A stretch of 55,105 nt of DNA, from NCBI GenBank assembly GCA_001179505.1, contig CDMY01000541.1, positions 1 to 55,105 on the forward strand. The letters are read 5' to 3'. The DNA comes from Vitrella brassicaformis CCMP3155 (taxonomy: Eukaryota > Protista > Chromerida). A program made the position numbers and the translations under genes. The notes under the pieces are model-generated. The model saw only the letters and a program-made list of their open reading frames with translations. It was not told the origin of the DNA and made no database searches. Of this stretch, positions 1 to 11,469 are shown in pieces (positions within the stretch are counted from its first letter, which is position 1; every line of letters starts with the position of its first letter).

Positions 1-769
1 GTCATATACACACACTCCAAGTCCACACGTGCGTGCGCAGGGGTGCGCACAGAGACATTCATGAGATACACACATTCCAAGTCCACACGTGCATGCGCAG
101 GTGTGCGCACAGAGACATTCATCATATACAAACACACTCCAAGTCGACACGTGCGTGCACAGGTGTGCGCAAAGAGACATTCATGAGATACACACACTCC
201 AAGTGGACATGTGCGTGCGCAGGGATGCGCACACAGGCATTCATTATATACACACACTCCAAGTCGACACGTGCATGCTCGACACGTGCATGCGCAGGGG
301 TGCGCAGGGGTGCGCAAGGGTGAGCACACGTACGTTCGTCATATATAAACATACCAAGTCGACACGTGCATGCGCAGGGCTGCGCACACACATACCAAGT
401 CGACTTGTGCATGCGCAGGGATGCCCATACAGACATTCATTATATACACACACCAAGTCGACACGTGCATGCAGGGGTGCGCACACAGACATTCATCACA
501 AGTCAACACGTGTATGCGCAGGGCTGCGCACACAGACATTCATTATATACAAACAGACCAAGTGGACACGTGCATGCGCAAGGCTGCGCACACAGACATT
601 CATTATATACACACACACACTCCAAGTCCACACGTGCATGCGCAGGGTGCGCACACAGACATTCATTATATACACACACACTGAGTCCAAACGTGCATGC
701 AGGGGTGCGCACACAGAGATTCATTATATATACACACACACACACAGTCAACACGTGAATGCGCAGGGT
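1..769. repeat. Tandem array of a ~60-bp unit (about 13 degenerate copies; runs off the window start)
   Basis: CCAAGT recurs at 17, 77, 139 and onward. Consensus on +: GACATTCATTATATACACACACTCCAAGTCGACACGTGCATGCGCAGGGGTGCGCACACA. Some units carry internal deletions or duplications. Confidence 0.95.
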
Positions 770-842
770 CATGTGTCTGGATGGATTCGCTCTCACTTGT
801 CTATCGCCCTCGCGCGTGCGACTAGCTTCTGTCTGCGTGGGG
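770..842 (+). mobile_element. Possible C-terminal fragment of a CRE-like (RLE-type) non-LTR retrotransposon ORF
   Basis: Translates HVSGWIRSHLSIALARATSFCLRG, resembling the W-x-R-x-x-(L/M)S-x-AL-x-RA-x(4)-C-(L/I)RG ending recalled for CRE-clade ORFs. Only ~24 codons are visible. Confidence 0.3.
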
Positions 843-1243
843 GAGGGAGGGGGGCGGGTTGCGGGACTGGGATGTGCTGATGGGGCGGGGATCGATCCGT
901 CCTCTTCTTGAGCGTTTGACTCTGTGTGCTCATGGGACTGTATTTGTATGAGTGTCACGGACACACAGACGAGTCTTACGGCTAATGCAAGTTGTCTCTG
1001 TCTCTCATGGTAACTCGCAAGTGCACTGCCAACTCACCGCGCATTCGCCCCTTCCCCACGGACGACGTTTGAGGGAGGGGCTCTTTCCTGCCCCACTAGA
1101 TCACTGACTGACGAACTGACTGACTGACCGACGGCCTGCCTGCTCGCCTGCTGGCTCCCCACTTCATGTGTGCTTCGTGTGGCTGCCCTCTTCACGTCTA
1201 TCATCCGCGCCGTGTCTGTCTGGCGCTCGTGTGCGTCTGTATG

Positions 1244-1380
1244 TATGCACGTGTGGACTTGGAATGTGTGTATATAATGAACGTGTGTTTGCGCACCTCT
1301 GCGCATACACGTGTGGACTTGGAGTGTGTGTATATGCGATGAATGTCTGTGTGCGCACACATAAACGCAGGTGTGCACAC
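1244..1380. repeat. Short array of the same 60-bp unit in reverse orientation (~2.3 units)
   Basis: ATGCACGTGTGGACTTGGAATGTGTGTATATAATGAACGTG... is the reverse complement of the 1-769 unit. Confidence 0.9.
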
Positions 1381-1389
1381 AGAGACAGT

Positions 1390-2076
1390 GAGTGAGTCTA
1401 GCAGGCGGCCAGCGGCCACCTTACTTCGTGCGGCATCGTGCGCTTGCATAGCATGTAGCAGCTCAGCACGCAGAGACGTGTGCAGTGGGTCAGTCGCCAA
1501 ATCACTGGCAATCGCATCGATATCACTCTCTGCCCAGCGATACAGGACACGGCTGGGATTATTGCAGGCAGCCTGAATACGAGCACGCAGGTCAGTCACT
1601 GCCGGCGGTTCGGTATCCGCCTGCAGGCCAAATGACAGAACAAGGTGCTGTGTGTTCAGGCTAGTAAGCGTCGGTCGGAAATGTGTGGTCATCGGGTACA
1701 GACATGATGATGCCATCACGTAGTCAATCACAGTGCCCCGCCCCTGTGCATAGGTAGCAGCTGAGGTGACTGTGTGAGGAGACTGGCCGACAGGCCGGCC
1801 ATTGAAACTCAGCAGTCCATTCGAACGACACATATCCAACAGAGAGCTCCCCTTCAGGTCAGGTGCAGAGCTACAAGTAGAGTGGCGGGGTGCGGGGTCA
1901 AGCACCAGGGGGTGGAAAGCGTGGATATCCTCACCCACATCCTCATAATCATCTACACTGAGCGTGTCGGTCACGATAGTGGAATAGTGCCTAGCGGATC
2001 GAAGGAACATGGACATGAGACGATCTTCACCGATGCATGGCAAACACAACATGGTACAATAAAGGTGTCCATCCAC
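1390..2076 (-). pseudogene. Fragment of LINE ORF2 (C-terminal half of the APE endonuclease plus linker), truncated at the 60-bp array
   Basis: LLDMCRSNGLLSFNGR...TVIDYVMAS...LATDPLH...LLDSLT aligns by eye with LLALCKASCLLLFNGR...SVIDYVAAS...LATDPAH...LLDSLT of the LINE ORF2 at 27.6-28.2 kb. Confidence 0.8.
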
Positions 2077-2179
2077 ACGGTCTATGCATCACCGATACAC
2101 CTGCATGCATCACGTCACACACGTGCCATGATGTCCGTGACTCCCAAACCAAGCGCAAACAGCTTGGCTGGCCATCTGT

Positions 2180-3576
2180 CTATCTAGTGGCCTTGGGTTC
2201 AGCCACAAATGTCTTGATCGTCCCAAAACCCATCGTTTCAACACCCAACACCTACACACACACACACACACACAGACACATATGCATCCTTCCGTGTGTA
2301 AGAGTGCCATCCATTCATCCATCCACCCATCCACTTACCGTAAATCCGGCTTTTTCGATCATGTAGCAGAAGTCGTCTTGTTTGGGGAAGGCCTGGATGC
2401 TGTCCAGCAAGTGGCGGTACTCGCGCCGCCTCCCAGACAGCCACACACCTATCAGCGCATTCAACCGGATGAACCAACGCGTCAGACGGGCCAGCAGACC
2501 TGAAGAGGTTCACACACGTGTACGGATGGGCACATCGGTGGGTGTGGCATCGTGTGTGGTGACTGACTGACCGTTTCCCGTGGAATCTGATATCTCTTGT
2601 ATTGCCAGCCTTTTGCCCTGCTCCTTCTTGATGACATGATGGAACTTCTCCAGCGCCGTGATGCGCGACGCCGCCGGCACGTTGCGAATGCCCGAAAGAG
2701 ATGGAGATCTGACAGGCACAGCAAGTCGTGCACACAACACGTTTCTGGATCGTGTCTGTGTGTGTGCGTACCTTGTCGAATGAGCTGTCCTCATATTGCA
2801 GGGCGAGTGTGTCGCCCAGCTCAAGGCGAACAGTGTCGTTCAAGAATGCTCGAGAGACCTGTTCGCACACAGGTCAATACATAGGAGTGAGCGCGTCAGG
2901 CGCATGTGGTCCTCACTTTGTCCCTCCCGACAGCCAGCATGTTTGCTGACGGATCGACACCGACCACACACGGACCTGCAGACACCACACACACATCATG
3001 ATGATACAAGCATACGTACAGATCTGTGTCTGTGTGCGCCTGGTCGCTTACCATCTCGTTTTGTGTCATTTTCCCTGGACTTGATCTGTTGGCCGAGTAT
3101 GCCACGTCAGCCGTGCCCGTGGCGACGTCCAACACACGGTCAGACGGCTCAAACTAAACACAAACAGACAGTGAGACACCGGTGTGTGTGTATGTGCGCA
3201 TGGGTGAGAGTGCGTCCAACCTGCAGAGTGTGCACAAGCCGCCTTCTCCATGCCCTGTCCATGCCCATCGACATGACGCGATTCACAAAGTCATAACGAG
3301 GCGCCACCGCATCAAACATCCCGCATGCACGCCACACAAACACAGGCAGATGCATGAATCACGCGCATCTGCCTGAAAGGCGCAGAAAGAAATGCATGAG
3401 CGCATCGGCTCTGCCCACCTGCCGCTCCCCATTGCAGCCTCGCTCTGCCCTTTGTTGCCGTCGCCATCATTCAGCCGCCTTCTCAACCAGGCCCTCTCGC
3501 CCTTTCCAAGATCAACAGCCTCGCTCATGCGCAGCAGCAGGAGATGCACCACACACGCCAACAGTGATATCACCAT
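2180..3576 (-). CDS. UbiE/COQ5/MenG-family SAM-dependent C-methyltransferase, multi-exon, with a predicted N-terminal signal peptide
   Basis: Exons encode MFDAVAPRYDFVNRVMSMGMDRAWRR, LDVATGTADVA (SAM-binding motif I), GDTLALQYEDSSFD, ISFGIRNV and EYRHLLDSIQAFP...MIEKAGF; TAG stop at 2180-2182. N-terminus is MVISLLACVVHLLLLRMSEA. The splice joining exon 1 to exon 2 is unresolved. Confidence 0.85.
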
Positions 3577-4048
3577 GACGCGCCGAGATCTATGCAGCTC
3601 CTCCTGCACCTGCGAGCTTCTCTCGCCGATCCATTGTGCTGTAAGCATAAACGAATTTAGTCATGCGTGTGATGCGTTCTGCAACACATTGATGCCGCAC
3701 ATGCAGAAGGACATTCATTCATTCATTCAGTGCGCTCCCATGTCACACGCACAGACGAACCACACACCTTGAACAGCTGTAATGTGGTTTCTGCAGGCTT
3801 TGTTTCTGTCTGTGTGTCTGTCGCAGAGGTTGATGAGAAAGGCCCTATCCTCTGTCGGTCAAGTCAGACCCATGTGCATAAACCCCGATACCCGCATACT
3901 GACGCATTCATCACCAAGAGACAGCCAACAGCAGCGTCCTGACGCTGCTTGGTGATGAACCTGTTGGTCAAATCCCCATTCTTACCAGCACCAACGCCAG
4001 ACATACATCGGTACAAATCAGACAGACGCAGCTTGATACTTCTGCTGC

Positions 4049-7000
4049 CTACTCGTAGCCTCTGAGCAACGTGCGCATTTCGTCAGTTTGCGCCAAATCC
4101 AGGGGACTTTTGCCCTGCATGCATGGGATGCACATAAGAGACAGCCATGGAACGTTGTCGGCCGCCATCATGTCATGAGCTTCTCACCTTGTTGACCTTC
4201 TTCAGCTCATCGGCCCCGCCCCACTCGAGCAGCTGCTTGGCGGCGTCCACATGTCCTTGCCAGGCTGCCAGGTGAACCGCATAGTAACCATCCTGTATCT
4301 CATACACAGCAGAGGTGAGCTGTATTTTGAGCCGGGCCTTCCCACTTCTCCGCTAACTTACCGGCCCCCTCTGCTCGAGAAGTCTCATGCCATTCTTCGT
4401 AAACATCGCTCTCATCGCCTTAACATTGTCGCACATCACAGCCAGATGGAATGGGCTGCTGTCGTTCTGAGAGACATGACATGCAGCGGACGGTCCATGC
4501 TTCTCTGCACTTGTTGAACACTTTTTTACATCTGTCCGTTTCCAAAGCTCATCAACACCGCCCCATTGGATGATCTGGTCGATAACGTCGACATCACCGC
4601 TCTCAGCGGCAAAATGGATTGGCTGGAATCCAAACTGTTCAAAGGGGCGGAAGTGCACATAGAGAGCTTAAAGCACCGTCCTGCCTGCCCTTCAGCGTAC
4701 CTGCCCCTTCTTGTCGAGCACCTTCTTCTGCCACGTTGCTTCTGCCTGGTCATAGATCGCTCGCAGCACATCGACACAATCAGAGCCGGCAGCCAGGTGG
4801 AACGGCGTGTTGTCCACCTGATAAGCACAAGAAATGTCTTGAAACAGTGTGAGTCGATGGAAATCCACTTACCTTGTTTGTGAGTGCCAACAAACTCTGC
4901 CCGCATATTCTCAGGATCTCAGACACAACCAACGCATGGCCCTTCTCGACCGCCAAGTGCAACACGGTGTTTTCGTCCTGCGGACAGACAGCACCGACAT
5001 ACAGATGGAGACAGCATTTTCAGCCATTTAGCCTTACCAGTATCTTCAGTCGCTTGCTGACGAGCCCTACTCCCTGGTCAGCTTGCATGAGCAGCAGAAC
5101 CATCACGACATCCACGTGGCCGTTCTGGGCTGCAAATGCTAGCGGAGTGAAACCCTCCTGCATTCATGCAAGCAACCAAGCGTGAACGGTCCATCTACTG
5201 TCAATCGGTGTCTCTCACTTTGTTACTGTCATGAAGGCATTGGGGGCCATATTCTTTCACCATTTTCAAAACTGCCTTTCGATTGCCTTCTGCACATGCC
5301 TCAAAAAGTTTCATCTTCTCCACAGGGTCACGACTTGAATCCTGGGCAATACCCATGCCGTCGCTTCCGAAGCTGTGAGCCTTGGTTTTGGCTTTCGCTG
5401 CCGCTTTCGCCTTGGGCTTCCGTCCTGCCTTCGCCTACATCCGTTCACACGCGCACACACAAACACACACATATACATACAGTGGAGCATAGAGATGAAA
5501 ATCTTCGGCCCGTCAATCGTCCGACTAACCTTTGGCATGGCCCCAGCTTTGGGAGCAGCAAGCGTTGGTTCTGGCCTTTCCTCGGGCTGTGAGCTCGTCG
5601 CCTCATCTATGAAGTCCTGCGCAGAAACACATTGAAACAACCGACAACACAACACCAGCACAAGAGGCGGGTTTTTGCATTCAAGTATGCGTATTGATGC
5701 TTGCTGACCAAGAACGGTTTCCACTCTGTTCCATCCTGTATGACTACAATGCCATCTTTCTCGATGATGCATGCCTCCTGGCCATTGAGGGTGTACAGGG
5801 GTGAATCCAACTTGGCCACCTTCAAGTTCAAATCCTGCCGTCCCTTGACGAAATCGTTGAGAAACACGTCCACGAGATCCTCGGGGTCGCCGTTAGAAAT
5901 GAAGCTGAGCCTTTCCTCCTCTTGCCCCTGGATACATCATAAACATGTGAAAGCAAAGGCTGACATGATATACATAGACATGCGGCTTATCTACTCTGCC
6001 AATCCTCTCACCGGCGCAGGGCTGCCTCTCAGCGGCTCAGGGTTGCCTAAGGATGGTCTCCTGGCTGACATTGTTAGTCTTGGCATCATTATTGGTCGTT
6101 CTGGAATCAGTCCGGAAAACCTTTGTTGTGGTGCCATGCCCATCATTACTGGGGTTGATGGACTGGCAAACATTTGTTGTGGTGGCAGAGTCATGATTGC
6201 TGGTAGCGGTGGCCGGGACAAGACGAACTCATGCTGATCCACCATCCTTTTGAGCGCCGATTGGTTCTGCCTCAGTGCCTCCATCTGGATGTTCATGCCC
6301 TTCATCTGGATGTTCATGCCGCTCAGCAGCATCATGCATTGGTTGAAAAGTTCCTGGGTATGCTGCCATATGAACTCCTGCATGTCCAAGCCGGGGCCCT
6401 GGCAATGCATGCTTGGCTGCATCACCGAAGACGGAGACACGAAAGGCATCAGCATCGGACGGCTCCCCAGCGGCCCAGCGGTTCCGGGAGGGCCGAGTGG
6501 TCGCCGCATGGACCCCAGGGGGGAAGTGCCTGGGGATTCTCCTGTCGACGCGGCCTCCAATGCGGAGAGAGAGGCAGTCGTCCCTTGCCCTGATGTGGCC
6601 TAGTATCCAAAGCACCATGCGCTGAACGAGCAGCGTTCTTTCCTAACAAAGGCAAGGAAGCAGGAGCAAGTATTCGCTGCTCATCGTGTTGACTAGCTTT
6701 TCCTGCTCACCACAGAACTCGGAAAGTATCCACATGTCCTCAGCCTTTGCCGCCGCCACACTTGCATCGATCATCATGGGAAGCTTCACATGCCCCTTCA
6801 AGCTACGTTTCCTTTCTCCGGCAAGGGCGCTGAGCCCCATCACCCGACCCGGCAGGCCCACACATGCCAGTCTTACGGTTTGAGTACTCATATCGTGAGA
6901 CTCACACTTGGAGGTCACACGGGAGGGGAAGAAGGGGCAACGTGGCAGGCAATGACGAGACTGCTTTTCGGTTTTCGGCTCCGAAGAGAGCAGGGTCCAT

Positions 7001-9041
7001 TGCTCATATATGGGATTCGAAGAATCATCGAGCAGGGGTCCAGTCGCAGCGGGAAATGCCCCGAGGCGGTGCTCGCCCGTGGGTGGCGCCAAATAGGGTG
7101 CGACACAGCCATCGTCATCGACCGTATCGGGATGCACTCTAAGAGTCAAATGCGGGCAAGCTTTTGGCACGAGACAGAAGGCGCCCGGAAGACAGTACTG
7201 GTTGGTCTTGATGATCCATAGCTGTCCCGGACTTGGACTCGAGGATACGTTGCTGTATGAGTCGATGGGACAAGTGAGAACCAGCTGTGATTTGGTATTT
7301 TGCAGGCGGATGTCGACGTTTGACTCAATCAGGGCGTTGACCAGGCCGCTAAGATGGTAAGCTTCAAGAACTTTCTCCTTTTCGCCTTCCTCCTTGTTGA
7401 GGTCCTCCTTCTTTTCATTTTTATCTGCATCTTCTTTCTTTCCAGCGTCTTCTTCCTCTTCATCCTCTTGTTCCGCATCATCATCGTCGGCGCCTTGCTG
7501 TCGTAGATCAAGTGCTAGAGACACGTCAAAATTCTGCTTGATCAGGTCGCCTTCCACAGAATCATTTATGATGTCGATGCTTTCCGGCATCAGAAGTTGA
7601 GCTGGCAAACCACAGACAAATAGGCATTAAGCAAGACACACATACATGCAACGACTTCAGCTCTTTCTTGCTGTGCACCAACCTTGCTGTGCGACAATCG
7701 GCTGGCTGCAGTGCCACAGCCCGTCCATCGAGATGCCCTTTTTGCCTGCCCTGACCATCACCGGGCTTTTGCCTTGATCAGAGGTTTTGACGGCCACAAC
7801 GTATTGAGGCATGCCAACACACTTGATCGTCATCATTTGATCATCCAGCTTGCTGGCGATGCGGCCATCCCTCACTCTCTTGAACGCAATGTCCGGGCCG
7901 ATCTCGCTCTTTGATGAGGAGCACCACACAGATGTCCATCCCCTTCCTGCTACTGCTGGCTGCTCGATGTTGTCGGCTGGCGTGATGATCCATTGCTCGT
8001 ACTTGGCCTCATCCTTGCTGTTGTTCCTGTCTTTCTCGATTATCGGCTCCCCCAATGTGAGCTTGTTCTCCATCCGCACGCTGACTTTGAGAGTCTTGCT
8101 TGGTGTCTTGTTGGCGTAAGCTTTCGGCACAAGGCGGAAGACGTCTGTCGGACATAGCTCGTCAGTCTGTCGGACCCACAGCTGTGAAATGTCTGGCTCC
8201 TCGTGCGTCTCCCGTGTTGTCTTCTCCTTCAGCCCCACGGAGACATCATGCACCACGCTTTCTGTTGCGGCAAGAAAGAGCTCAGTGCCGATGTTCTGCA
8301 GACGGAAAGCCGCTTCGCGCGCCTCGATGTTGAGACCGTCGATCACTGCCCGCGTCAAAGCAGCATAGGGAGGATTCCGCTGAACAATCACGGTGGCAAA
8401 ACACAGGGAATTTGCACCTGAATCCTTACGCATCGTGCCTTGGCTGACGCGGATGATGGCAATGCCGTCCGGATAGTCTTCAGGATGGATGAGGTGGTTT
8501 ATCAGCCTGTAGTCTGAGTCCTCGATGAAGATGGTCAGCAATGCCGACTCGAAGCTGGATAGCATTGCCTCGTGGCCGGCATCAAGTGTCGTCCTTCACA
8601 GCCAACGAAAAAAGAAGACAGGACGTGTGTGCACACGGGAAAGCTATTCAATCACCAACAAACCAGTTATTGGAGGCTCTCAGCTTTCCATACTGAACAC
8701 GAACACGAGACTTGTCGTCGGTCTCCTCGCCTGAAAAAATTGAAAATTTGAAGAAATTGAAACTTGCACACAGACACACACGCGTAGCAGCACTCCGTGT
8801 GTGTCTGTGTGCAAGTCTTACTGTTTCCTGTGTCTCTGTTAAGAGCAAATCCCACTTCCAGCCCACCAAACCCAGCAGTGATCTCGCCGCCCATCGCCAC
8901 TCTAACATCCTTCTTCATGACCTTCTTCAGCTCCTGGGCGACGAATTTCCTGTCCCTCGCCGGGATCAGCATCACGTGCACAGGGCTGAGGGAGTTGTTG
9001 AGGCAGACAAGTTTGGTGTGGTCGTCGGCACTCAGTGGCAT
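4049..9041 (-). CDS. Large multi-exon protein: N-terminal unknown domain, two ricin-B/beta-trefoil-like repeats, Pro/Met-rich coiled-coil region, GAR-like domain, ~7 ankyrin repeats
   Basis: Phase-consistent GT-AG exons checked at 9041-8822, 8730-8664, 8593-7683, 7601-6711 and 6589-6012, followed by phase-0 exons. Ankyrin motifs include TPLAFAAQNGH, TVLHLAVEKGH, TPFHLAAG, QPIHFAAESG, SPFHLAVM, AVHLAAWQGH and KSPLDLA; TAG stop at 4049-4051. Ankyrin call is strong; the other domain calls are weaker. Confidence 0.8.
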
Positions 9042-9836
9042 GATTGTGATTTGGGGGTGTCGAAGATGGCTTTACACGCAGCAGTGACGCAGCTGAAAAC
9101 GCAGCAGGAATACAATAGCAGGGATATCGATACGGAGCGCTCGCACTGGTGCGGATTTGGGGCTCGAAGGCGAACTTGAAGGAGGAAGAGGGAGAGCGGT
9201 TGAAGCTCTGCGAGCTTGGCGTGACTAGAGGTAGCCCGCGCTTCGCGCGGGATCCCTGGGTGTGGGATCGCTTCTGGCTGACTGACAGCAGGTACACAGA
9301 GCAGATAGCAATCAAAAACGAGCCAGATCTGTTGTGTGGTTCACAGGCACATCTGTTCTGATGATGGATGCCGATTTCAGCGTCCCTGCGACGGCGTCAG
9401 CCAACTGCACGGCCAGATCCAGCAAGTCGACGATTACGTCCAGCGAGAGATGCAGAAGCACGGCACCTGCCTCTGCCCGATGAGGTGCTGATGCTCAATT
9501 TGACGGCAGCGAGTATCCAGCGGAAGCACATGACTCAAGGAGAGGGCGTGGAGGGCACTCTGCTGAGATCATCCACACGGCCATCTTGAATGCCGAGACG
9601 ATGACGCGGCCAAGCGGGACTACACCGGTAAGGGCTATCATCAACATGGCTTCAGTGCGTGCGTCAAAAGTACAGTTCTAGTTACACATCGTATCAACAT
9701 CGCTGCTCACTGCTCACTGCATCTGTCATGAACGCTGAGACCATCAGCGGCTCTATCTAGACACTATCAACATCAACGCCACTGCGTATAAATACATGGC
9801 TATCAACAACACATGGTCAGCGCTCTCCATCTTCAC

Positions 9837-11355
9837 TCACGCCTCTGCATCAAGCTGAACAACGGCGTGATGTATCTGCCTGCACACAACATTCCGCACA
9901 CGGTCGAGGTCCTTGGCGAGAACTCGCAGACGTGACGGATGGCCGACTCTCGACAAGGCCACGTACAGCTGCCCATGTGAGAAGCACTCCAGCGTGACAT
10001 CAAGGCCCACGCGTTCGAATGTCTGCCCCTGCGCCTTGTTGATTGTCAGTGCAAAGGCGGGCCTGAGAGGGAACTGCTGTCGCTGAAAGACGAAGGGGCT
10101 GTTCTCCTTCTTGCTGTCGAGCATGATGCGGGGGATGAAGGCGATCTCGCCTGTCCTGGGGCCGGTGAGGATCTCCGTCTTGATCACATGTTGCCTGGCG
10201 TCGATCACCTTCAGCCGCGTGCCGTTGCTGAGGCCCGCGCCCAAGTTAAGGTTGCGCAGCAGCATCACTGGCATCTGCTCCTTGAGCACGAGCCGGTGGG
10301 GGGGGAAGTCGGGAGGATTGATGCTGTTGAGCACCTCAAGAGGGCACGAAGTATCCGCATACTCGGGGTCGAGCGAGTCGCGGCTGTATCGGGTGATGGC
10401 CGTCCCGGGAAAGAGTCGGATAGCAATGTCGTTGGCCTCATCCACTTGCACGTTGCGTGGCGCCAGCACGGCCCTGGTGACAAAGTCGGTGGGCCCATCA
10501 AAGTTGTCGTACACTTCACGAACCAGGCCCTCGAGTGACGTTGCAGTCGCGCGTGCCGTGACAGGGATGGACACCTCGTCGGCACATGCCCCTCTCCCAT
10601 GACCGACGTCGAGCAAGAATTGTGCCCATTCCACAAACTCAGCTGTGTCCTGGCCAGCCAACATGAGTCGACGGATGCGTTCGTTGACGTTCAGCTGATA
10701 GCGGCGGACGTGGTTGTTCCAGAAGTTCAGCGTCTGCACAGATGCTGCAAAAGCGTCATCGTCGCTACCATGAGGCACAACCGGCAGACACTGCTTGAAG
10801 TCACCACTGAAAACAACCACTTTCCCACCGAAAGGCACCTGTGATACGGTAGACCACAAGAAGAATGCTGGGGTGTGTGTGTGTGTATGTAGGTGTGGAT
10901 GTCTGGGTGTCTCTTAGCTTGCGTCCTTCTGGTTCATCAGGTCTCTCAAAAACTTGTCCACCGTGTTCACCACATACTTGTGCGCCTGCGTGATTTCGTC
11001 CCAGACGATCACAGCAGCCTCCTTGATGACCTGCGCTCGAGCAGACTCCTTGACGATGTCCGAGATCGACTTCTGCTCGGCCGGCACAGGAACTCCAAAG
11101 CGCGAGTGTGCCGTAGTGCCGCCCTCTAGAAGCAGCGCAGCCACGCCCGTCGTCGCACATGCGATGGCAACCTTGCTCTCCTCCCGCACAGCAGCGATGA
11201 CAGTTTCGAGCAGAAAGGTCTTGCCACCGCCACCCTCGCTATCGATGAAGAAGACTTTCGATCGCGATTCGTCGGCTGCAGTGGCTGTGGTAATTGGCAG
11301 GGCCTCGGCGATGATTGCATCATAAACAGCTCGCTGTGCTTCATTCATAGTGCAC
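9837..11355 (-). mobile_element. Helitron-type PIF1 (SF1B) helicase domain with one intron; no Rep domain recognised upstream
   Basis: Motifs FFIDSEGGGGKTFLL, ATTGVAALLLEGGTTAHSRF, IVWDE, PFGGKVVVFSGDFKQCLPVV, LAPRNVQVDEAN, MLLRNL...LSNGTRL, RQQFPLRPAFALTINKAQGQT and FSHGQLYVALSRV are typical of Helitron helicases. Confidence 0.9.
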
Positions 11356-11469
11356 TGAACATGAGGAACAGACGAAAACGACACACAAGCAAAATTAACA
11401 TTGTGTGTTCCATTGAGGGTGGCAAGCCAAACAAACCCCGTCACCCTCTGTGCGTGTGGTGTGTCTAGG

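Noticed and set aside
1-769. CRISPR-like appearance of the regular repeat
   Set aside because: Units are contiguous with no unique spacers, no cas genes are present and the context is eukaryotic.
1-880. Cys/His/Thr-rich ORFs up to 263 aa over the 60-bp arrays (also at 34.4-35.0 and 46.0-46.8 kb)
   Set aside because: They arise from translating a stop-poor 60-bp (multiple of 3) repeat in all frames; there is no coding signal.
9670-9765. Two CTAG sites as candidate Helitron 3' ends
   Set aside because: Neither has a suitably placed GC-rich hairpin or the expected following T.
9149-9830. Short + strand peptides, including AIINMASV resembling an SDR motif
   Set aside because: Too short, interrupted by stops, and no other SDR motifs are nearby.
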